Shown here piece after piece: positions 43,904-51,371 of a DNA stretch of 64,000 nucleotides. Position 1 is the stretch's first letter; each line of letters starts with the position of its first letter. The DNA comes from Actinomycetota bacterium (GTDB lineage Bacteria > Actinomycetota > Nitriliruptoria > Nitriliruptorales > JAHWKO01): assembly GCA_019347675.1 (NCBI GenBank), contig JAHWKW010000001.1:168958-232957 (forward strand). Reading direction: 5' to 3'. A model generated the notes under the pieces. The model had not been told where the DNA came from. It did not search any database and saw only the letters and a program-made list of their open reading frames with translations. A program made the position numbers and the translations under genes.

Positions 43904-44566
43904 CTACACCGGCCAGGTCTCCCCCCGCCAGGCGGCATCCCAGAACATCCACTCGTACCGGCTCGTGGTGACGAAATGGGCCCGCATCCGGGCGAGCTGG
44001 TCCGCGGCGATGTCCTCGCCCACCCGGTCGGCTGTGGCCAGGACGTCGCGGACGATGGCCGTGAACTCCTCACCGCCGTAGGTGTCGATCCAACGCTGGT
44101 AGCGCGGATCGGGTGAGCCGTGGGCGAGCAGCTCCTTCCCGACCTCCCAGTAGATCCAGTAGCACGGCAGCACCGCCGCGAGCGCCTCGGCGAACGACCC
44201 CCCGTAGCAGGTGGCGAGCAGGTAGCTGGTGTACGCGCGGTTGGTGGGCCCCACCGATGTCCCCGCCGCCGTTGAGGCCGGGATCCCGAGCTCACCGAGC
44301 AGGTGCTCGTGGAGTTCGCGTTCCACCTCGATCGCGCCCGCGGCGTGCCGGGCGAACATCGCCACGTCGGTGTCGGCGGCGGCCTTCGCGGCGCAGACAG
44401 CCAGCGCCCGGGCGTAATCCTCGAGGTAGTGGGCGTCCTGCACGACGTAGTAGGAGAACGCGTCGTCGTTGAGCGTCCCCTCCTTCAGACCGACCAGGAA
44501 CGGATGCTCGAGGATCGCTGCGTAGATGTCGGTGATGTCGGACCACAGCGTCTGTGTCAGCGTCAT
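43904..44566 (-). CDS. tenA: TenA/thiaminase II family (aminopyrimidine aminohydrolase)
   Basis: LWSDITDIYAAILEHPFLVGLKEGTLNDDAFSYYVVQDAHYL...LPCYWIYWEVG...YQRWIDTYGGEEF...SRYEWMFWDAAW. ATGA overlap with the upstream gene. Confidence 0.85.
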   Translation of the reverse strand: MTLTQTLWSDITDIYAAILEHPFLVGLKEGTLNDDAFSYYVVQDAHYLEDYARALAVCAAKAAADTDVAMFARHAAGAIEVERELHEHLLGELGIPASTAAGTSVGPTNRAYTSYLLATCYGGSFAEALAAVLPCYWIYWEVGKELLAHGSPDPRYQRWIDTYGGEEFTAIVRDVLATADRVGEDIAADQLARMRAHFVTTSRYEWMFWDAAWRGETWPV

Positions 44567-45207
44567 CGTGGGGTGTCCTCCCACCTCTCGCCGGCGTGCA
44601 CGGCGTCCCAGAAGCGCAGCTCGAAGCGCACGACCCGCCGGAAGGCCCGTTCGACCTCGGGCGGCGCTGGCGCGGTCAGGGTCGCGTCGAGCAGGGCGGC
44701 CAGGTCATCGACCCACTCGCCGAACGCCGGCGACGACCAGTTGTCGATGAACGGCCAGTAGGGGGAGCGCTCGTCGGTGCGTTCGCGAACCGACGCCCAT
44801 GCGTCGAAGTAGGCGCGCTCCGCCCCGTACAGAACGGTCAACGAGACGGGCCACCCGTCGGCGGGAGCGGCGAGGACGAGCGAGGTGTAGCCCAGCGTGG
44901 TGGGCGACGGCTCGACCTCGAGTGGCAGCCCGTGCTGCGCCGCCTGGCGGCGGAACAGGTCGATCTCCGCCTGGAGCGACGGGAAGGCGCCGGCCAGCAG
45001 GTCGCGGGCGTGCTCGTCGGGGGCGAGCTCGACCAGCCGTCCCAGGAAGCGCCGGAAGCCCACCACGAACCAGTGGTCCTGTGTGAGCCACCGGTGGAAC
45101 GCGTCCGAGCCGAGGGTCCCGTTCCCAGCGGCGCGCACGAACGGGTGGTCGGTGATCGTCGCCCACAGGTCGCGGTTGTCGGCGAGCAGTTGGCTGGACA
45201 CGCTCAC
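44563..45207 (-). CDS. Second, divergent TenA/heme-oxygenase-like family protein
   Basis: LWATITDHPFVRAAGNGTLGSDAFHRWLTQDHWFV...VLYGAERAYFDAW...VVRFELRFWDAV. GTG 45207 with SD, 1 nt after the transporter stop. Confidence 0.75.
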   Translation of the reverse strand: MSVSSQLLADNRDLWATITDHPFVRAAGNGTLGSDAFHRWLTQDHWFVVGFRRFLGRLVELAPDEHARDLLAGAFPSLQAEIDLFRRQAAQHGLPLEVEPSPTTLGYTSLVLAAPADGWPVSLTVLYGAERAYFDAWASVRERTDERSPYWPFIDNWSSPAFGEWVDDLAALLDATLTAPAPPEVERAFRRVVRFELRFWDAVHAGERWEDTPR

Positions 45208-45208
45208 G

Positions 45209-46633
45209 TCAGGTCCTCTCCAGGGTCGGGATCCGCATGCCGAGCTCCGCCAGGTCGGTGGTCCGCCGCGACAGCAGCGACCCGGCGACCGCCACGGCGC
45301 TCGAGGCCAGCACCGCACCGGCGAACGGGGGCAACGTCGGCACGCCCTGCGGGAAGGTCGCCACGACGGCGCCCTCAACGAGCGACCCGGTGGTGACCCA
45401 GCCGGGGGCCACCGCGCCGACCAGACCCGCGACGGCCCCCGCGAGCGCCGCGCCGGCCGTCGCGTGCGACCACAGCCCCAGCATCGCCGGGACGACCGTG
45501 GCGGCGCACAGCAGGTCGGCGATGAGGAACAGCCGGAGCACCGAGTAGCCCTGTAGCGCGACGGCCAGCGCCGGTAGGACCAGCACGACGGTCACGGCCC
45601 GGGCCGCGCCCACATCCATGGACGGTCGCTCGCTCACCACCAGCGAGGCGAGCCCGTTCTCGAGCGTGTCGACCGACGACGCGACGAGCGACAGACCCAG
45701 AACCAGCACCGCCAGGTTCACCCACGCGGGCACCGTGGCCATCAGCGCGAAGAACGGCACGGGCGGCGAGCCCAGGTCGAGGCCGGACCCGGCCGCGACG
45801 ATGCCCACGACGCCGGCCACAGCCACGACCGGAGCTGTGGCTGCCATCCCGATGCCGGCCCCGCCCGCCAACGCCCGGGTCGACCGCGCTGCGAAGACGC
45901 GCTGCCAGTAGCCCTGGTGGAACAGGTTCGCCGCGACGATCGCGATGACCAGCGTCACGGCGGCCTGGACCCCGATGGCGTCGACGCCCAGCAGCCCCGA
46001 GCGGGTGAGCGCTCCCGGCCCGTCGCGCAGCCCACCCAGCACCGCGACGACGCCGATCGCGAGCAACACCAGGATCAGCCACGCCTGCCAACGGTCGGTC
46101 CGCAGCGACGCCCGCAACCCCCCGTAGGCCGTGTAGGCGAGGGTGACCAGCGCCACCCCCACGGTCGCCACCCACGGGGCGATCCCGGCGGTGATCGCGG
46201 CGACCGCCCCGACCGCGGTCAGCTCTGCGGTGACGAAGATCAGCATGTACAGGATCGAGATCGCGACCACGTAGGCGTGGAAGGTCCGCCCGAACCGCAG
46301 ACGCACGAACTCCGTCAGCCCGTGTCCGCGGGGCGCCACGGCCCGCAACCGACCCCCCAGCAGGGCGAACACGACCAACGGGGCGGCCGCGCCGATCGCG
46401 TACCCGAGCGCCGCGACCAGGCCCACCCCCGCCCCGACCTCCGGGGGTGCGAACAGGATCCACGCACCCATGCCCGACGCGAAGAACGACAGCCCGAGCG
46501 CCGCGACCCCCTGGCTGTCCCGCGCGGTGGTGTACTCCTCGAGATCCTCGGCACCACCGCGCGCCCGGAAACCGACCCACGCGAACACCGCCAGGGTCGC
46601 CACGAGCAGGACCACACCGACAGCGGTGACCAC
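45209..46633 (-). CDS. Sodium:solute symporter (SSS) family transporter, probably for a thiamine-related precursor
   Basis: About 13 TM helices, and the SSS signature region YTAYGGLRASLRTDRWQAW. It is the first gene behind a TPP riboswitch. Substrate assignment is inference only. Confidence 0.8.
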   Translation of the reverse strand: MVTAVGVVLLVATLAVFAWVGFRARGGAEDLEEYTTARDSQGVAALGLSFFASGMGAWILFAPPEVGAGVGLVAALGYAIGAAAPLVVFALLGGRLRAVAPRGHGLTEFVRLRFGRTFHAYVVAISILYMLIFVTAELTAVGAVAAITAGIAPWVATVGVALVTLAYTAYGGLRASLRTDRWQAWLILVLLAIGVVAVLGGLRDGPGALTRSGLLGVDAIGVQAAVTLVIAIVAANLFHQGYWQRVFAARSTRALAGGAGIGMAATAPVVAVAGVVGIVAAGSGLDLGSPPVPFFALMATVPAWVNLAVLVLGLSLVASSVDTLENGLASLVVSERPSMDVGAARAVTVVLVLPALAVALQGYSVLRLFLIADLLCAATVVPAMLGLWSHATAGAALAGAVAGLVGAVAPGWVTTGSLVEGAVVATFPQGVPTLPPFAGAVLASSAVAVAGSLLSRRTTDLAELGMRIPTLERT

Positions 46634-46636
46634 GAC

Positions 46637-46727
46637 GCGCTCCCTCCGCCGGTGCTAACCGGTTCAGGTTCAAGGGGTCTGCGCTCGGTCGCGCACTCTC
46701 AGCCGTGATCCGGTCACTACCGCTACG
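46637..46727 (-). promoter_or_regulatory. TPP (THI-box) riboswitch; the aptamer 3' strand contains the transporter SD
   Basis: Minus strand: ...gguagugaccggaucacggCUGAGAgugcgcgaccgagcgcagACCCcuuGAACCUGAaCCGGuuagCACCGGCGgAGGGAgcgcgucGUG. All conserved THI-box blocks are present. GGAGGGA lies 6-7 nt before the start codon. Confidence 0.85.
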
Positions 46728-46855
46728 TGAGTGACCTGATCTGGTCACTACCGCTGGCGCTACGTGAGTGACCTGATCTGGTCACTACCGCTGGCGCTAC
46801 ATGAGTGACCTGATCTGGTCACTACCGCTGGCGCTACATGAGTGACCTGATCTGG
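46728..46855. repeat. Tandem repeat, 37 bp x about 3.5 (tgagtgacctgatctggtcactaccgctggcgctacR), immediately 5' of the TPP riboswitch on its transcript strand
   Basis: Units at 46728-46764, 46765-46801 and 46802-46838, plus a partial unit at 46839-46855. There is one SNP between units. Each carries the palindrome GTGACC-N6-GGTCAC. Confidence 0.95.
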
Positions 46856-46897
46856 ACGGGCTCCCCCGGCGTTGCCGGCGGCAACCGTAGACGCCGC

Positions 46898-47659
46898 TCA
46901 CCAGCGGCGCCAGGGGCCGGTGTACAGGACCACCGCCACCGCCGTGGCGAGGTTCAGGCTCGACACACCCGGCCGCATCGGGATGGCGACCGACACGTCG
47001 GCGCGGCGACGCACCTCGTCGGACAGCCCCCGGCGCTCCGTTCCGAAGATCAACGCCGCGCCGCGCGGCAGCCGCGCGTCGCCCAGCGGGGTCCCGGCGG
47101 GGTCGAGCGCGACGACGGGCCGGCGGGTGGGGAGCAGCCCGGACAGGCGCGCCACCGGGAGCGCGAACTGCAGACCGGCGCCGCCCCGGACCGCGGTGGG
47201 ATGCCACGGGTCGGCCCCGCCGACGGTCACGACGCCGTGCGCACCGGCCGCCGCGGCGACCCGCACCACCGCCCCGACGTTGCCGTGGTGGGTCGGACGT
47301 TCCAGCACGACGAGCGGAGCGTCGCTGGGCTCCAACGCGGCGCGGACGTCGACCGAGGGACGGGCGGCGACCGCCACCAGCGGGACGGGCGGCCGGCCCG
47401 GGAGCAACCGGTCGAACGTGGGCGGGGACAGTCGGTGCACGGTGACCTGCGTGGCGTGCAGTTCCGGAGGCAGGTCAGCGTCGGGGGTGTCTTCCAGGAG
47501 CGCCACCGCCGACAGCTGCGCCCCGAACCGCAGAGCGTGCTTCACCGCGTGGTGACCCTCCAGGACGACGTACCGGTCGTCACGGCGGGCGGTGACGAAC
47601 TGCTGCACCAGGGCGTGCGTCGAGCGCCCGCCGTCCTCTTCACGCGCGGCCTCTACCAT
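46898..47659 (-). CDS. TrmH/SpoU-family RNA 2'-O-methyltransferase
   Basis: LEGHHAVKHAL...VVLERPTHHGNVGAVVRVAAAAG...ALIFGTERRGLS...VAIPMRPGVSSLNLATAVAVVLY. ATG 47659 lies inside track ORF 46898..48043. Confidence 0.85.
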   Translation of the reverse strand: MVEAAREEDGGRSTHALVQQFVTARRDDRYVVLEGHHAVKHALRFGAQLSAVALLEDTPDADLPPELHATQVTVHRLSPPTFDRLLPGRPPVPLVAVAARPSVDVRAALEPSDAPLVVLERPTHHGNVGAVVRVAAAAGAHGVVTVGGADPWHPTAVRGGAGLQFALPVARLSGLLPTRRPVVALDPAGTPLGDARLPRGAALIFGTERRGLSDEVRRRADVSVAIPMRPGVSSLNLATAVAVVLYTGPWRRW

Positions 47660-47665
47660 GGGCAG

Positions 47666-48166
47666 GTGCTGCCGCTGTTGATCCTCGCCTTCATCGCCAT
47701 CCCGATCGTGGAGCTGGCCGTCATCCTCCGGGTCGGAGCCTGGCTCGGATGGTGGCCGACCCTGGTCGTGCTGATGGTCGACAGCGTGTTGGGAGCCGTC
47801 CTGGTCAAGCATGAGGGACGCAGGGCCTGGGACGCCTTCCGCAACGCCATCGCCGAGGCGCGCTGGCCAGGGGACGAGGTCGCCCAGGGCGCCTTCGTTC
47901 TGGTCGGCGGGGCGCTGCTGCTCACGCCCGGATTCCTCACGGACGTCGTCGGCCTCCTGGCGGTGCTCGCCCCCACCCGCGCCGTCCTCTCGCGTTGGCT
48001 GCGTCGCAGACTGACCCCCGAACCGCTGCGCCGGACCCCGCATCGGGACCGGACCGAACGCACAGGCCGGACGAATCGCCCCCCCATCGACGTCGAGGTC
48101 GTGTCAGTCGAACGCCCCGACGACGGATCTTCGTCAAGAGACGCCTCCGGCGAACCGACACCGTAG
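47666..48166 (+). CDS. fxsA: FxsA-family membrane protein
   Basis: VLPLLILAFIAIPIVELAVILRVGAWLGWWPTLVVLMVDSVLGAVLVKHEG...GALLLTPGFLTDVVGLLAVL. GTG 47666. Confidence 0.8.
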   Translation: MLPLLILAFIAIPIVELAVILRVGAWLGWWPTLVVLMVDSVLGAVLVKHEGRRAWDAFRNAIAEARWPGDEVAQGAFVLVGGALLLTPGFLTDVVGLLAVLAPTRAVLSRWLRRRLTPEPLRRTPHRDRTERTGRTNRPPIDVEVVSVERPDDGSSSRDASGEPTP

Positions 48167-48205
48167 TGTGCGCGCGGCAGGATCCCGGGCGCGGGCGAGG
48201 CATGC

Positions 48206-51200
48206 GTGAGGAGCACAAGCGGCGGGGTGACCCGGGTCGCTCTGGTGCTGGGGATGGCCGCCGTCGTCGCGGCCCTCCTCGTGCCTGCCGCGTCAGCCGC
48301 CGGTCCGGCGTGGTACCGGGTCGGTGCGACGGCGGGGGTGGCCTCCTACGACCAGCTCGCCGGGTCGCCGTCGCTGGAGGTGTACTCGACCGCGGTCCAG
48401 CACGGAAACCAGACCGGGACGTTCCGCTTCCATCCGCGTAAGACGGTCAAGGAACCCGGCAGCGGGCCGGGTCAGGCAGCCAGCGGTGTCGGGTACGCCA
48501 CGCCGTCCCGGCTTTCGGGCACCGTCCCGGCCGGGACCTGGAGGTTCGGTGTCGACGTGCAGACGACCATCCCGGCCGACCCCCGGACCACGGGGAAGCT
48601 CATGGTGGCCGTGTACAAGGTCGGTCGCGGCGGATCCCAGCTCGTGGCGGTCGCTCAGGACGCGCGCAACGTCCTGGCCGCGGCGTCATCGAGGTTCGAG
48701 CTGACGGAGAGCCTCCCGACGCTCGTCTTCAACGACGAGCACCTGGCCACCGAGTGGTACCTCACGATCTCCTCCAACGCTGCGTCGTCGGGCCCGTGGA
48801 CGACCCGACTGCGTCACGGCGCCAGCGGTGACCACGTCACCGCCCCCGGCGCGCTGACCCCACCGCCGCTGGCTGCGCCGACCAACCTGCGGGTGACGGG
48901 CACAGGCGACAACACGATCGCGTTGGCGTGGACCGCGGCCGCCGACGGCCGCGTGAGCGGCTACGTGGTGCGCCGTGCCACCTCGGCGGACGGCCCCTGG
49001 GCCGACGTCGCCACCACGTCGGGCACCACCCACACCGATGGAGGACTGCGCAACGGCACCCGCTACTACTACACGGTCGTCGCATACGACGCTGGCGGGA
49101 ACCGTTCCAGCCCGTCGAACGCCACCAGCGCCGTGCCGGCCGACACCACGACGCCGACCGCGCCAGGGGACCCCAGCGTGGCTCCCAACGGCTCCGGGCG
49201 GCTCGACGTCGCTTGGCCGCGGTCCCCGTCGACGGACGTCGCCGGGTACGAGGTTCAGCGTTCGGGGTCGTCAGCCGGGCCCTTCGCCGCGGTGGCCCGT
49301 GTCGCCGGGACGACCTTCTCCGACACCGGGCTGGCTGCCGCCTCGACCTGGCACTACCGGATCGTCGCGATCGACGACGACGGCCTCCGCTCGGCCCCGA
49401 CCGCACCGGCCGCCGGGACCGTGGCACCGTCCCCGCCGACCGGGCTCCGCGTGGTCGGCGTCGCCTCAGGGGCGGTGGCGCTCGCGTGGAACGGCACCAG
49501 CGAGCCGGTTACCGGCTACCTGGTGGAGCGGGCCGGGAGCAGCGGTGGGCCCTACCAGCAGATCACCGCCAAGCCGGTCGGAGGGACCTCGTTCACCGAC
49601 AGCGGGCTCACCAACGGCGTGACCTACTGGTACCGGATCCGGGCCGTGGACGCCTCCGGGGCGCGTTCGTCACCGTCGGGGGCGGTGAGCGCGACCCCGG
49701 CCGACACCGGCCGACCGGCGCCACCGACGTACCTGGTCAAACAGCCGCTCGGGAACCGCGTGCAGCTGGCGTGGGGACCCAGTCCCTCGGCCGTCGTGGG
49801 CTACCGGGTCCTGCGGACGACCACGCCCGCCGGGGGCTACACCGACATCTCCGGGCTGACCGGCCGCACCTCGTTCACCGATGGGCCCCTGCCGGTCGCG
49901 ATCCCCTTCTACTACGTGGTGATCGCCGAGGACGCCGCCGGCAACCGCTCGATCGCGTCCACCCAGGAGCGCTACACGGTCCCGCCGTCGGCGCCGACCG
50001 GCCTGGTCGCGGCCGAGGTGAGCGAGACGTCGGCGAGGCTGCGCTGGAACGGCACCAGCGAGCCGATCGCCGGGTGGGTGATCTCCCGCCGGGTGGCCGG
50101 CGGTCGGTACGTCGTGATGGGGCGCGCCGACAGCCCGACGTTCGTCGACGGCGGGTTGGAGCTGGGCCGCACCTACCAGTACGTCGTTCAAGCCGAGGCG
50201 ATCGACGGAACGCTGTCACCGCCGTCGAACGAGGTCACCGTCGTTCCCCGCGACGGCCCACCGACCTCGCCCACCGGGGTGCAGGTCACCGACACCGGCG
50301 CCGGCGGGCAGCTGCGTATCCTGTGGGCGGCCAACCCGGAACGTGACGTGACCGCCTACCGCGTCGAGCGCCGACAGGGCGGGGGCGGTTGGACCCGCGT
50401 CGCGACGCTGGGGACCACCACCTACCTCGACGGCGGGCTCACCGACGGCGTCACCTACACCTACCGCGTGATGGCGGTCGACCGGGTCGGGAACGTCTCC
50501 CAACCGTCGGCCGAGGCGTCCGGGACGCCGACCGACCGCACCGCGCCGCCGCCGCCGTCCGGCGTCGTGATACGTGCCTGGCCGTCCTCCCTCGACGTCG
50601 CGTGGAGTCAGGCGCCCGGCGCGACCTCCTACCGGGTGTACCGGTCGACCGCTCCCACCGGGCCGTTCGCGCCGGTGACCGGGGTGGTCACCAGCCGGGT
50701 GTACCGCGACACCAACGTGACCCAGGGGACCAGGTACTTCTACGTCGTGCACGCGTTCGACGCCGCAGGCAACGACTCGGGGCCGTCGCAGGCCGTGTCG
50801 GCGACGTTCACCGGGTTCGCCGGTGGGACCACCCCGGGTGGTGGCGGCGGTGGTGGCGGTGGCGGGACGGGCGGAACGGGGGGGAGCGGCGGGGCCCCAG
50901 GGCCGAGTGGGACCGGCTCGACCGCGGGCCCCGGTGGCCCCACACCCGGCGGCGGCCTGGGCTACCCGGGACTGCAGGCGGGTGGCGCGCGACCCGGGGC
51001 CGGGACACGCGACCAGCCGGCGCGCCGGGCCGGTCAGCCGGTACCGTCAGCGACGCCCGGCGGGCCGTCACCGCTGGCCATCGGCGACATCCCGCTGGCC
51101 TCCGACCAGCCCGGTCTGCCGCCCCGGACCCGCGCCGACGAGCTGTTGGCGACCGGCGACGTCCCGCGGGCGATCGCCCGGTCAGCCGAGGAGGTCGCCC

Positions 51201-51364
51201 AGAACGTGACCGAGGTGGTGCGTGTGTTCCGCGTGCCGCTGCTGCTGCTGCTCCTGCTTCTGGCCTACGCCATCGCGCAGGGACGTCTCGGGCGCGAGAC
51301 CCTGCCCGCCGCGACCGACGTACCGACAGGGGGTGAGGACGACGACGCTGAGTATCTCCTCTGA
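48206..51364 (+). CDS. Large secreted/surface protein: signal peptide, about 190-aa unknown N-domain, 7 fibronectin type III domains, Gly/Pro-rich linker, C-terminal TM anchor
   Basis: Signal VALVLGMAAVVAALLVPAASAAG. There are seven repeats of the type P..L.V......v.LaW......v.GY.V.R......y........tsftD.gL..g..Y.Y.V.A.D..GN.S. Then GGGGGGGGGTGGTGGSGG and the TM PLLLLLLLLAYAIA. Confidence 0.85.
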   Translation: MRSTSGGVTRVALVLGMAAVVAALLVPAASAAGPAWYRVGATAGVASYDQLAGSPSLEVYSTAVQHGNQTGTFRFHPRKTVKEPGSGPGQAASGVGYATPSRLSGTVPAGTWRFGVDVQTTIPADPRTTGKLMVAVYKVGRGGSQLVAVAQDARNVLAAASSRFELTESLPTLVFNDEHLATEWYLTISSNAASSGPWTTRLRHGASGDHVTAPGALTPPPLAAPTNLRVTGTGDNTIALAWTAAADGRVSGYVVRRATSADGPWADVATTSGTTHTDGGLRNGTRYYYTVVAYDAGGNRSSPSNATSAVPADTTTPTAPGDPSVAPNGSGRLDVAWPRSPSTDVAGYEVQRSGSSAGPFAAVARVAGTTFSDTGLAAASTWHYRIVAIDDDGLRSAPTAPAAGTVAPSPPTGLRVVGVASGAVALAWNGTSEPVTGYLVERAGSSGGPYQQITAKPVGGTSFTDSGLTNGVTYWYRIRAVDASGARSSPSGAVSATPADTGRPAPPTYLVKQPLGNRVQLAWGPSPSAVVGYRVLRTTTPAGGYTDISGLTGRTSFTDGPLPVAIPFYYVVIAEDAAGNRSIASTQERYTVPPSAPTGLVAAEVSETSARLRWNGTSEPIAGWVISRRVAGGRYVVMGRADSPTFVDGGLELGRTYQYVVQAEAIDGTLSPPSNEVTVVPRDGPPTSPTGVQVTDTGAGGQLRILWAANPERDVTAYRVERRQGGGGWTRVATLGTTTYLDGGLTDGVTYTYRVMAVDRVGNVSQPSAEASGTPTDRTAPPPPSGVVIRAWPSSLDVAWSQAPGATSYRVYRSTAPTGPFAPVTGVVTSRVYRDTNVTQGTRYFYVVHAFDAAGNDSGPSQAVSATFTGFAGGTTPGGGGGGGGGGTGGTGGSGGAPGPSGTGSTAGPGGPTPGGGLGYPGLQAGGARPGAGTRDQPARRAGQPVPSATPGGPSPLAIGDIPLASDQPGLPPRTRADELLATGDVPRAIARSAEEVAQNVTEVVRVFRVPLLLLLLLLAYAIAQGRLGRETLPAATDVPTGGEDDDAEYLL

Positions 51365-51371
51365 AGCCGAC

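Noticed and set aside
46728-46855. Plus-strand reading of the 37-bp units as extra TPP aptamers. Each unit contains the exact THI-box core ACCTGATCTGG and a TGAG.
   Set aside because: The match arises because the unit is palindromic (GTGACC-N6-GGTCAC). On the plus strand the CCAGCG pairing partner is missing (it reads GCTGGCG). No plus-strand gene follows, since the next gene, trmH, is on the minus strand.
46728-46855. CRISPR array
   Set aside because: The units are contiguous with no spacers, the period is 37 bp, there are only about 3.5 copies, and there are no cas genes. The same applies to the 15-bp repeat at 1391-1450.
50820-50950. GGN-rich simple-sequence tract
   Set aside because: It is in frame within the FN3 protein and encodes a poly-Gly/Pro linker. 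It is coding low complexity, not an independent repeat element.
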